Notes under the pieces: generated by a model
Told to the model about the DNA's origin: nothing
Databases searched by the model: none
The model's input: the letters and a program-made list of their open reading frames with translations, nothing else
Shown here: in pieces, positions 52,685 to 64,000 of the stretch
How the letters are laid out: every line of letters starts with the position of its first letter
How positions within the stretch are numbered: the first letter of the stretch is position 1
DNA from: Octopus vulgaris
Taxonomy: Eukaryota
DNA: 64,000 nt
Assembly (NCBI GenBank): GCA_951406725.2
Contig: OX597827.1
Location: forward strand, 72,044,001 to 72,108,000
Direction of reading: 5' to 3'
Made by a program: the position numbers and the translations under genes

Positions 52685-52968
52685 CTGAGGTGAGAAGAGA
52701 ATAGGCAAGGTAATACATTTAAACCTGAATACAACATCGAAAGTGAAGAGAGAGCAGAGAGAAAAGAAAGAAGAACAGGAGAGAGGGAAGAGAGACGAAA
52801 GAAGAGATAAGAGGGGGCGAGAGAGAAGAAAAGGAAAGGGAGAAAGAGAATGCTCATAGTGGTAGTTGTTTGATAAGGGTTTAAATAACAGTGAAATAGC
52901 AATATCACATGACAGACTGGCTAACTGGCTAAAGTTTAAAAAATACAAAACAAAAGCCATTCCCTTAC

Positions 52969-53082
52969 TTTTAAACCACTCTGTGGATTCATCAGGAAGT
53001 TACGTCGGACATCATCAAACATGATAGTATTCTTTGCTGACCAGTGGCTGAATTTTCCCCAAATGACACCCAAAGGCTTGAC
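52969..53082 (-). CDS. UBLCP1: UBLCP1 coding exon (HAD motif IV region, IMFDD)
   Basis: cag|GTC AAG...TTA AAA|gtaag, 114 nt. Encodes [38 protein letters not shown]. Confidence 0.95.
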
Positions 53083-53659
53083 CTGAAAGGAAATACAATA
53101 ATAATGTTCAAATAAGCTCATATAGCATAGTATTATAATTCTTTTGTGTGCAGATGGTCAGGTTGGATGTTGGCCGTATTGGTTTCACTTGTCCAAGCAG
53201 GCAGGCTTAACAAGAGTCTCGGCTACTATTCTCCGTCTCCTCTAACTTCATCCTCATCACCATTTTATATACATTTTCCATGCTGATATGGGTTGGACAG
53301 GTAGTTAGTTGAAATTGCTAGCCTTGTACCCTGTACCCTAACTACAGTCTGAGTTTGTTGTTATTTAGAACAACGTCTCTCATAGCCAAGTCGGAGGACC
53401 ACATCTGTGTGTGTGTATGTGTGTCTCTCTCTCTCTCTCTCTCCCTCATTTAATTTTTTGCTTGGTTTTTGTGCCTTGATGCCCTTTTTTATCCCTAACC
53501 AAATCACAGGGTGTACCGGGTGTATTTTGATTGTGGTTGTTATGTCTATAACAAGGTTAAACAGTTTCCTCAACCTGATGTTGTCTTTGCTCAAGTACTC
53601 TCAAACTCTATATTTGTCTAAGAAGGAAAAAAGAACCATTTGCATCATCAAATACTATT

Positions 53660-53698
<39 letters not shown>

Positions 53699-54163
53699 TG
53701 AGTTTCAGGTTCAATCCTGTTGTGTAGCAGCTTGCATAGATGTCCTCTATCGTTGCCTTGGGCTGACCAAAACAGTGTGAGGAGATAAGGTACATGGAAA
53801 TTAAAGGAAGCCCACCATATGTGTGTGTGTGTATGTATCTCCTTCTCTTGACACCACCGGCTAACTGTAAACAAATGTTACTGTTATACAAGCAACATTT
53901 GTACATTTGTAATTTCCCATGGAAACATATCCGGCTATAGTGCCATTCATGTTTGAAGTTCAGAGAAAAATTGTTTGAAGGTCTGAGAAAAACCTGCATC
54001 ATCATCATTGTCTATTGCACTTCTGGATCATCATCATTGTTTAACATCCGTTTTCCATGCTAGCATGGGTTGGACGCAAATAAATAAATGAAACAACATA
54101 TAAAAGAAAACACACAAACACACACACATATATATATATATATATACACAAAATGTTACTGAC

Positions 54164-54300
54164 CTTGACAACTCCATATTTTGGAGTGTGTACGCTAATC
54201 ATAGCCATATAGTCGAGCATGAAGGTTATCCTGTAGTTTACATGACTAGTTACCCCGAGTTCCTTCATCTTAATCTCAATCCATTTCATTGTGGTCGCCG
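54164..54300 (-). CDS. UBLCP1: UBLCP1 coding exon
   Basis: cag|CG GCG...GTC AAG|gtcag, 137 nt. Encodes [46 protein letters not shown]. Confidence 0.95.
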
Positions 54301-54555
54301 CTGACAGAAGGGGAAAAGACAACACAGATTTAAAAGATGACATATAAAAGATGGCCCCAGCATGGCAGCAGCCCATGGGCTGGAACAAGCAAAACAGTAT
54401 AATGTATGAGAACAATGCAGCATAATGACACGAAAGGCAACACACAACAACAACAACAACAACAAATACACAATGTTCATCGTGTTTGTTTATTAAGCAC
54501 TTCTTTTCAAATATTTGTTATAGTCAACCCATCACCTCTATAAATTTGACATTGG

Positions 54556-55798
54556 TTAACCTTTTCGTTACTGTATTTCTTTTGAGATGTTTTGTGTTTC
54601 TTTCAATTAATTTTAAATATAACAAAGAATTTAGTAAAATAACTTAGTTATCATTCAGCTAGTGTTAGGGACATAAATTTTGACTAAGGTTTGGTGGAAG
54701 ATTTCAATTCAAAACTTATGAAAACAAGACATTTGTATTACAGAGCCAGAGGCAGTTTCAGCCAGGTTGGTATCAAAAGGGTTAAGAATTGTTTCTCTAA
54801 TATATATTTTAACCCTTTTATTACCAAATTTCTGTTGAGATGCTCTGTGTTTCTTTCAATTAATTTTAAATATAACAAAGAATTTAGTAAAATAACTTAG
54901 TTATCATTAAGCTAGTGTTAGGAACATAAATTGTGACTAAGGTTTGGTGGAAGATTTTAATTCAAAACTTATGAAAACAAGACATTTGTATTACAGAGCC
55001 AGAGGCAGTTTCAGCCAGGTTGGTATCAAAAGGGTTAAGAATTGTTTCTCTAATATATATTTTAACCCTTTCATTACTGTGTTTATTTTGAGATGCTCTG
55101 TGTTTCTTTTAATTAATTTTAAATATAACAAAGAATTTAGTAAAATAACTTAGTTATCATTAAGCTGGTGTTAGGAACAGAAATTATGACTAAGGTTTGG
55201 TGGAAGATTTTAATTCAAAACTTATGAAAACAAGACATTTGTACTACAGAGCCAGAGGCAGTTTCAGCCAGGTTGGTATCAAAAAGGGTTAAGAATTGTT
55301 TCTCTAATATATATTTTAACCCTTTCATTACTGTGTTTATTTTGAGATGCTCTGTGTTTCTTTTAATTAATTTTGAATATAACAAAGAATTTAGTAAAAT
55401 AACTTAGTTATCATTCAGCTAGTGTTAGGGACATAAATTGTGACTAAGGTTTGGTGGAAGATTTTAATTCAAAACTTATGGAAACAAGACATTTGTATTA
55501 CAGAGCCAGAGGCAGTTTCAGCCAGGTTGGTATCAAAAAGGGTTAAGAATTGTTTCTCTAATATATATTTTAACCCTTTTATTACCAAATTTCTGTTGAG
55601 ATGCTCTGTGTTTCTTTCAATTAATTTTAAATATAACAAAGAATTTAGTAAAATAACTTAGTTATCATTAAGCTAGTGTTAGGAACATAAATTGTGACTA
55701 AGGTTTGGTCGAAGATTTTAATTCAAAACTTATGAAAGCAAGACATTCGTATTGAGAGCCAGAGGTAGTTTCAGCCAGGTTGGTATTGAAAGGGTTAA
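54556..55798. repeat. Five tandem copies (period about 253 bp) of a piggyBac-like MITE in a UBLCP1 intron
   Basis: Each unit runs TTAACC(C)TTT...AAAGGGTTAA, separated by the constant spacer gaattgtttctctaatatatatt. Confidence 0.88.
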
Positions 55799-56194
55799 TG
55801 ACTCATTGTTGTTGTCAAGTCAACAGTGGAAACATTGTCCCTGGTGTCGTCATTTGATAGTCTATTTTCCAATCTGGCATGGGTTGGACAATTTGACAAG
55901 GAACTGGCAAGGCGGAGAGCTGCACCAGACACCAACTGTCTATTTTGGTATGGTTTCAACAGCTTGATGCCTTTCCTAACAGCTAACTCATTTTTCTCTA
56001 CATATTTGCACTCAAAACTAGTTTTAAACTTAGTAATGTCAATCCACATTTATTCAGATCAAAGTTTCTAACTTTGGTCCACATTTATTATGATTATCAT
56101 CTAGATCATCTTCATTTAACATCTGTCTTCCAGGTTGGCATGGGCTCAGTTGTGGTTGTGTGGTAAGTAGTTTGCTTACCAACCTGGTCCTGGG

Positions 56195-56762
56195 CGCCTT
56201 TTACATGCCACTGGCACAGGAGTCAGTGAGGCAGCCCTGGCATCGATGACATTCGAATAGTACTTTTTACATGCCACTGGCATGGGAGCCAGTTAGAGAG
56301 TACTGTCATTAGCCACGTTCAGATGGTGCTTTTTACATATCACTGGCACAGGAGCCAGTCAAACGGCCCTGGCATTGATCACATTTGGATAGTGCTTTTT
56401 ACGTGCCACCGTCAAGGGAGCCAGTCAGGGGGTACTGTCATCGGCCATTTTCAGATGGTGCTTTTTATGTGCCACCGGCATGGGAGCCAGTCAGGGGATA
56501 CTGTCATCGGCCACGTTCAGATGGTGCTTTTTATGTGCCACCGGCATGGGAGCCAGTCAGGGGATACTGTCATCGGCCACGTTCAGATGGTGCTTTTTAT
56601 GTGCCACCGTCACGGGAGCCAGTCAGGGGGTACTGTCATCGGCCACGTTCAGATGGTGCTTTTTATGTGCCACCGTCACGGGAGCCAGTCAGGGGGTACT
56701 GTCATCGGCCACGTTCAGATGGTGCTTTTTATGTGCCACCAGCATGGGAGCCAGTCAGGCGG
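56195..56762 (-). repeat. 66-bp tandem array (about 8 units), internal to family B
   Basis: Unit ggtgctttttatgtgccaccggcatgggagccagtcaggggatactgtcatcggccacgttcagat; ORF-track peptides show a 22-aa period. Confidence 0.92.
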
Positions 56763-56885
56763 ACCTGTGAATGAATAATGCATAAGAAAGAATGGAGGTA
56801 CTCTACAATAACAGCATCAACAATTCTTATCAATACAACATGAGCTGAAACAAAATTATCATTGGAAATAAAATCAACTACTCAC

Positions 56886-56984
56886 ACCATATAACAATGT
56901 CGTAATCTTCATAGGCAGCTGTGAGGAATTCGTGAAGAAATGGTCGCATCAGTTCTTCTGCTCGTTCTGCAACTGACTTGTGAT
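56886..56984 (-). CDS. UBLCP1: UBLCP1 coding exon
   Basis: cag|AT CAC...TGG T|gtgag, 99 nt. Encodes [33 protein letters not shown]. Confidence 0.95.
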
Positions 56985-57049
56985 CTGTGTAAGACAAAAA
57001 CGACAATGGTTAGTTATTAATTATTTTCTTATGTTACAGTAAAGTTTCC

Positions 57050-57478
57050 ATGGCTGTGTGGTAAGTAGCTTGCTCACCAACCACATGGTTCCTGGTTCAG
57101 TCCCACTGCGTGACACCTTGGGCAAGTGTCTTCTACTATAGCCTCAGGCTGACCAAAGCCTTGTGAGTGGATTTGGTAGACGGAAACTGAAAGAAGCCCA
57201 TCGTCTATATACATACATACATTATATATATATATATATATATGTATGTGTGCGTATATGTTTGTGTGTCTGTGTTTGTCCCCTAACATCACTTGACAAC
57301 CGATGCTGGTGTGTTTACGTCCCCATAACTTAGCGGGTCGGCAAAAAGAGACCGATAGAATAAGTACTAGGCTTACAAAGACTAAGTCCTGGAGTCGATT
57401 TGCACGACTAAAGGCAGTGCTCCAGCATGGCCACAGTCACATGACTGAAACAAGTAAAAGAGTAAAGAATAAAGAGTA
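57050..57478 (+). mobile_element. SINE family A copy filling most of the intron between UBLCP1 exons 57493 and 56984
   Basis: Match to family A. Confidence 0.88.
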
Positions 57479-57492
57479 TATTATTGACTTAC

Positions 57493-57608
57493 CAAACAGA
57501 GTATAATCAATATCCAACACCAACAGCTTTTTCCCATCTCTGGGTGGGTTTAAAACGGTCACATTATAATCTCTGACACGCTTTTCAATTTTAGCAAGGT
57601 GCTCTTCC
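57493..57608 (-). CDS. UBLCP1: UBLCP1 coding exon carrying the HAD/FCP DxDxT catalytic motif
   Basis: gaag|G GAA GAG...TTT G|gtaag, 116 nt. Encodes [38 protein letters not shown], including DIDYT. Confidence 0.95.
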
Positions 57609-57869
57609 CTTCAAAACAAAAATTGGCAAATAGTCAAAAATATGTTTATTTGAATAGCAACAGCAACAATAATAATAATAATGATGGACTCTCCTGTTGA
57701 AGATGATGTGTAAGGGTTCAGCTTTTGCTGAATAACCTGCACAAATGATTTGTTTATTGTGATCAAATGTTTGTGCTGTACATTAGCTGACTTCCACCAT
57801 CAAACTGACGTTGTCTGAACAGATGCATGGTGCGTCAGGTGTCAGATGTCAAAATGATTGCAGAGTGCC

Positions 57870-58635
57870 AGCTGACAGGTCCCGTGCCAGTGGCACGTAA
57901 AAAGCACCATTCAAGTGTGGTCGATGCCAGTACTACCTGACTGGCTCCTGTGTTGGTGGCATGTAAAATGCACCATCCGAGTGTGGCCGATGCCAGTACC
58001 ACCTGACTGGCTCCTGTGCTGGTGGCACGTAAAAAGCACCATTCAAGTGTGGTCGATGCCAGTACTACCTGACTGGCTCCTGTGCTGGTGGCATGTAAAA
58101 TGCACCATCCGAGTGTGGCCGATGCCAGTACCACCTGACTGGCTCCTGTTCAGATGGTGGCATGTAAAAAGCACCATCCAAGTGTGGCCGATGCCAGTAC
58201 CACCTGACTGGCTCCTGTGCTGGTGGCACGTAAAAAGCACCATCCAAGTGTGGCCGATGCCAGTACCACCTGACTGGCTCCTGTGCTGGTGGCACGTAAA
58301 AAGCACCATCCAAGTGTGGCCGATGCCAGTACCACCTGACTGGCTCCTGTGCTGGTGGCACGTAAAAAGCACCATCCAAGTGTGGCCGATGCCAGTACCA
58401 CCTGACTGGCTCCTGTGCTGGTGGCACGTAAAAAGCACCATCCAAGTGTGGCCGATGCCAGTACCACCTGACTGGCTCCTGTGCCAGTGGCACGTAAAAG
58501 CACCATCCAAGTGTGGCCAAAGCCAGTACCACCTGACTGGCTCCTGGGCCGATGGCATGTAAAATGCACCATCCAAGTGTGGCCGATACCAGTACCACCT
58601 GATTGCCTGTGCTGGTGGCACGTAAAAAGCACCCA
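57870..58635 (+). repeat. 66-bp tandem array (about 11 units), internal to a family B element ending near 58810
   Basis: Unit aaaaagcaccatccaagtgtggccgatgccagtaccacctgactggctcctgtgctggtggcacgt, the reverse complement of the 56195 unit. Confidence 0.92.
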
Positions 58636-59869
58636 CTACGTTCTTGGAGTGGTTGGCATTATGAAGGGCATCCAGCTGTAGAATCACTGCCAGATCAGAT
58701 TGGAGTCCAGTGCAGCCTTCTGGCTCGCCAGTCCTCAGTCAAACCGTCCAACTCATGCCAGCATGGAAAGTGGATGTTAAACAACAATGATGATGATGAT
58801 GATGATGATGAGCACTGTGAGGTGAAGTGTTTTGCTCAAGAACACAATGGCCCACCCAGTCTAGGAATTTAAATCACGATTGCTAGATCATGAGTGCAAC
58901 ACCCTAATAATAATAAATATTCTTTTCTACTATAGGCACAAGGCCTGAAATTTGGGGAGTTGGGGATAGTCCATTGCATTGACTCCAGTGCTCAATTATT
59001 ACTTATTTTGTCGACCCCAAAAGGATGAAAGGCAAAGTCAACCTTGGCAGAATTTGAACTCAAAACATGAAGATGGACAAAATTATCGCTAAGCATTTCG
59101 CCTGGTGAGCTAACAATTCTACCAGCTTGCCACCTTAATAATAATAATAATAACAATAATAATAATAGTGGTTTCAAATTTTGGCACACGGCCAGCAATG
59201 TTTGAGGGGAGGTGGGGTAAGTCAGTTACATCAACCCCAGTGTTCAAGTGACACTTGTTTTTTATGACCCCAAAAGTATGAAAGGCAAAGTCAACCTCAG
59301 TGTCACTTGAACTTGGAAATGCAAAGATGAATGAATCACTGCTAAGCATTTTCCCCCGGCATGCTAACAAATTTGCAAGCTCACTGCTTAAATAATATTA
59401 TTATTATCAAAGGCAGCAAGCTGGCAGAAGTGTTACCACAGTGGGCAAAATGCTTAGTAGTATTTATGTTCTGAGTATTTATGTTCTGTCTTTATGTTCT
59501 GAGTTCAAATTCTGCCGAGGTCGACTTGGCCTTTCATCCTTTTGGGGTCAATAAATTAAGTATCAGTTGCATACTGCGGTCGATCTAATCGACTGGCCCA
59601 CTGTCCCAAAATTTCAGGCCTTGTGCCTAGAGTAGAAAAAATATTTCTACATATCCTCATGCTGGGCGAAATGTTTAGCGGTTTTTCGTCTGTCTTCACG
59701 TTCTGAGTTCAAATTCTGTCATGTCGTTATCAATTCATCCTTTTGGGGGTTGATAAATTAAGTACCAGTTGTATACTGGGGTCAATCTAATTGACTGGCT
59801 TCCTCCCCAAAAATTTTGGGTTTTGTGCCCAGAGTAGAAAAGAATGTTATCATCATCATTTTTATTGAC

Positions 59870-60350
59870 CTTCGAACTTTAGGTCTCACCGAGGAAATGA
59901 CTAGAGACCGAGACCTAAGGAAGTATGCTGTGCGTGAGAAGACCCAGCAGGACAAGTGAGACCATAACCCATGGCCTCTACCTGGGATGTAGCCAGTCCA
60001 CTTATGCATACCTTTCCTTCTTGGGACACAAAACTCTACTTGTGAAGACCTGTTGAGACAAGTGAGAATCAGAATCAAAATCGAAATTGTAGCTGTGATA
60101 CCAGTGCCGGTGGCACATAAGAGAACCATCCGAACATGGCCGTTGCCAGCGCCGCCCCGTCTGGCACCTGTGCTGGTGGCACGTAAAAAGCACCCACGAC
60201 ACTCACGGAGCGGTTGGCGTTAGGAAGGGCATTCAGCCGTAGAAACATTGCCAGATCAGACTGGGCCTGGTGCAGCCTTCTGGCTTCCCAGACCCCAGTT
60301 GAACCGTCCAACACATGCTAGCATGGAAAGCGGACGCTAAATGATGAATA
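59870..60350 (+). mobile_element. Retroposon family B with (GAT)n tail (other copies near 6870-7135, 9995-10320, 16170-16495, 21925-22090, 27420-27580, 32925-33035, 40205-40400, 45278-45630, 50900-51030)
   Basis: Shared body ggttggcgttaggaagggcatccagccgtagaaac...catgctagcatggaaagcggacgctaaa(tga)n. Confidence 0.85.
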
Positions 60351-60768
60351 ATGATAATAATCCTTTCTACTAAAGGTACAAGGCCTGAAATTTTAGGGGA
60401 GGGGGCACCAGTCAATTAGATTGACCTGAGTATGCAAATGGTACTTATTTCATCAATCCTGAAAGGATGAAAGGCAAAGTCAACCTCAGCAGAATTTGAA
60501 CTCGGAACATGAAATTGGACAAAATGCCGCTAATCATTTTGCCTGGCATGTTAACAATTCTGCCAGAAAAACAACAACAACATCTAAGATAAGCATAATA
60601 TTACAGGTTTTAGTGCGAGGGTGGGTTTAACTGACACCTGTACTGGCATGATGCTATGTTATTTCAATCCCAGAAGCACAAAAAGTGAATCATAGTCTCT
60701 ACAGTAGACAGATATACCAGTAAAGTTGTTTAACACTTGAGAACATCAAACTGGAAACTGGTTCTTAC

Positions 60769-60854
60769 CTATTTTCAATAGAAATCTCTTCATCTTCCAT
60801 CTCAAAATCATTGACTAAATTTGATAAATTTTTAGGTGGTTCTTGCATTTCAGC
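60769..60854 (-). CDS. UBLCP1: UBLCP1 coding exon (acidic linker)
   Basis: ctag|GCT GAA...GAA AAT AG|gtaag, 86 nt. Encodes AEMQEPPKNLSNLVNDFEMEDEEISIEN(R). Phases match both neighbouring exons. Confidence 0.92.
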
Positions 60855-60942
60855 CTAGACATTAAAACACAGGAAAAAAAAAATCAAATTGTTAGAAAGG
60901 AGATATTTCATCTCATACTGTTAACATGTTTTTGCCCAAAGT

Positions 60943-61008
<66 letters not shown>

Positions 61009-61338
61009 AGAATTCACAAGAAAACAAGATGAAGGCAGGTGGTATAGACACAACAAACAGATGTATCAGTTTAACGCTTGGGAAGTGAAAAGGTCTGTAA
61101 TGTTTCGAGCCTACACTCTTGCACAGAAAGAAACAAGGAGAGAAAATAAAGAATATGTAGTGACTAGCGATCTATCATGACGAACGCCAGACAGAAGGGG
61201 AGATAATAAAGTAGTGGTGATCCCAAAACGAAGGTGCGCGTGCATGTGTATAAGAGAGCATGTATGTGCGTGTGGAAGAGGGGTGGTGACCTTGATGCGT
61301 GTGTGTGTGTATATGTAGGTGTGAAGATGTGGGGCTGG

Positions 61339-61381
<43 letters not shown>

Positions 61382-61384
61382 CAT

Positions 61385-61415
<31 letters not shown>

Positions 61416-61607
61416 CCGGAGTAAACACATAAATGTGAAACAAGGTGCAAAAAAGAGTACTCAAATACCAGTGGTAGAGTAATATGCTTTATTTAAGCAG
61501 CAGAAAATTCAACAAAACCTGTACTCTGAGTTCTGCGCTCCGTTCATCAGACAGTTTTGTCTGATGAACGCAACGAACTCATTATCTTTTGTCTGGCATT
61601 CGCCATG

Positions 61608-61638
<31 letters not shown>

Positions 61639-62238
61639 CATACATACATACAAGGGGTTGCTGAAAAGTTCCTAGCTTTAAGGGTATCACAAAAGGACTA
61701 GTTAGAGGCCCAACCTGCCAAGTTCTTTTACACAGCTTAGTAAAACTGAAGGGCCACTGAATATACAGGTGGGAAGTATATACGCCATGCAAATTGGGAA
61801 ACTGGCCCTTATGAGTCAGCAGGACTCGAGATGATAACTTTCCCTTTTTTTTTTAATAACATTGCTGACAATGATGCTTATTTACTATGATCATACAGCG
61901 TACAAGTGAACAGCAGAATCTGTCAAGAACCCTAGGATTCATCAGGAGTTTGGCCTTGTTTCCATGGCGATGAAGTAACTGAGATCATAACACTCATCTC
62001 CTGAATGGGATGCCAGTCGGTCAAAGGGTCAACTTGCTTGTTACTGCTGTTACTCATTTACAGCTGAGTGGACTGGAGCAATGTGAAATGAAGTGTTTTG
62101 CTCAAGAACACATTGCACCACCCAGTCCAGAGATTGAAACCACAATCTTGTGAATGTCAGTGCAACCCACAAACCACTAGGCCATATGCCTCCAGATAAA
62201 GCAAAGTAAAAAAAAAAGAGTGTAAAAAAAAAATTTAC

Positions 62239-62330
62239 CAAAACGTCTTCTCTGGAACCCATCATCATTATTTTGAGATTAGGTTTGAGCTTTAAGGTTC
62301 CAAGTTGAATGTCATCCTCTGGAGGTCGAC
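62239..62330 (-). CDS. UBLCP1: UBLCP1 coding exon (end of the ubiquitin-like domain); upstream exon(s) are outside the window
   Basis: ag|GT CGA CCT...GTT TTG|gtaaa, 92 nt. Encodes (G)[30 protein letters not shown], which resembles the KLKPNTKIMMMG segment of UBLCP1 as I recall it. Confidence 0.93.
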
Positions 62331-63344
62331 CTGGAATAATAAACAATTAGATAGGAGATATTTTGTTCTTTGTACATTGGAGAAAATACCATTTTACATT
62401 GGACTTATAGGAACAACAAAAGACACAATAACAATTACCATATTTGATAGTATATAAAATGCACTATTTTCCTTCTAAAAATTCTCAAAAATTTCCACCC
62501 CAAGTCTTATATGCAACGCTAGGCTTCCCATAAGCTTTAAGGCACTAAAGCATTTATTCTTGAATATGTGCACAAGAAATTGGGGTGTTGTGTCTAATAT
62601 GCCAGTGTGCCTTTTATGCCATCAAATATGGTGACGGTGATAGTTGTCATTTGCAACTAAGTAAGACTTGATGGAGTGTACCATACTGTTGTCTTTCATT
62701 TTAGGTGCCTATGTAGCTATAAGCAGACATAGACTTTCTCTCAACTTTCCCATGGTTCACCTGGCAATGTTGATGAATTATCTTAGGGACTACAGCTTTG
62801 AATTTTTCCTCAGGGTTTACTCCTGAAGCTTTTTCTATAGGTTGGTATCGTTGCAAAGCATCAGATGTTCGGGGTCAAAATTTGTCCTCTCTTGGTTGGA
62901 TTACCTTCATATGGTGACAAGTTTCACTCCACCTTTGTTTCAAAGATGTTTAAACTTTTAGCATGTGGAATACGCTGCCAAAAGCAATACCTATGTATTC
63001 ACATTGTTTTGAATTTGTCATGCATTATCTCAGCTTCAAGATTTTGACGATATATTTGTTTAGTTTTAGAATGACATTGTAGGGTAGGTGTGAGAGGCTA
63101 GATCTGGCCAGTTTAAACATAAAAAAGGTAGAAAATTTGGGCCAGATATAGCCAGTTTAATCCTTTTAATACGAAAAGATTTGAATTAAAATCTTCCACC
63201 AAACCTTAGTCACAATTTATGTTCCTAACACTAGCTTAATGATAACAAAGTTATTTTACTAAATTGTTATATTTAAAATTAATTGAAAGAAACACAGAGA
63301 ATCTCAACAGAAATATGGTAAGAGAAGGGCTAAAGGGTTAAAAA

Positions 63345-63665
63345 AGCAACATAAAGCCTCTTAATAGGAACATTGAAAAGCGGATGGATACTGCTGCTAA
63401 TTGCTCCCACTGGAGACAGGAGCTAGACGAAGATTTTGAAAATATGAGAGTAGGGGTTGAGGATTGCTGGAAGGAAAAAAATGCAAATTTGCCAAAAAGA
63501 GGCACCAGGACAAGACTAGTGGCGAACAACACCTTTAAGTGTAGTCGCTGTGACCAGGACTGCCACTCACATGGTGATCTCTATGATTACAACAGATGTT
63601 GTTATGCCAACAAAGTTAAAAGAAGAGTTTCTAGGAGCAGATCCATGGTCCCACAAGATTAATAT
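63345..63665 (+). mobile_element. RTE-like LINE 3' fragment
   Basis: Reads AANCSHWRQ...FKCSRCDQDCHSHGDLYDY, an RTE-type C-terminal Cys motif. Confidence 0.6.
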
Positions 63666-64000
63666 TGCCTTCTCCAATTTTATCTCACATAGTCATGAAA
63701 CAAGAAATTTAAAAGGTGGAGTTAATTGAGTAACCCTTTAACATTTATACTGGCCACATCCGTCCTAAAGATTCTGTTTTATGTTCAGACTGGCCAGATT
63801 TTGGCCTCCCACACCAACCCTGTCATTCTAAAACATACAATCAGATCATTGAAATCTCAAAGCTACAAGATGATGCATAATTAATTCAAAACAATGTGAA
63901 TAAATAAACATTATAGGAGCAGGAGTGGCTGTGTGGCAAGTAGCTTGCTTACCAACCAGGTACAGTCCCACTGCGTAGCACGTTGGGCAAGTGTCTTTTA

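Noticed and set aside
52685-52960. Hydrophobic Leu/Ser/Phe ORF upstream of IRPFK
   Set aside because: It is a pyrimidine-rich intron between two canonical UBLCP1 exons.
56323-58687. Repetitive 96-215-aa ORFs and a superficially CRISPR-like periodicity
   Set aside because: These are 66-bp units without unique spacers, open in multiple frames, intronic, and in a eukaryotic genome with no cas genes.

Overview
AT-rich, microsatellite- and retroposon-saturated eukaryotic DNA. The repeat landscape and gene content suggest a cephalopod, probably Octopus (inference). Two protein-coding genes are supported, both on the minus strand. One is a spliced UBLCP1 orthologue with eight GT-AG coding exons between 62330 and 50546; its 5' exon(s) lie outside the window. 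The other is a C2H2 zinc-finger gene whose CDS sits in one exon (30359-29177). Most of the rest is transposon-derived: decayed RTE- and CR1-type LINEs, at least four SINE families, a non-autonomous Helitron, hAT, Tc1/pogo and piggyBac-like MITEs, Penelope-like fragments with hammerhead-like cores, long palindromes and AT minisatellites. Most ORF-track entries are microsatellite or SINE artefacts. The most notable observations are: (1) a full-length 5S rRNA fused to a SINE 3' half and inserted as one unit; (2) inverted 66-bp arrays bracketing the catalytic exons of UBLCP1; (3) four near-identical recognition helices in the zinc-finger protein; (4) a local LINE-SINE tail match; (5) a mosaic tandem array of MITEs. 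All calls were made by eye with no database searches, so family names and most element boundaries are approximate.
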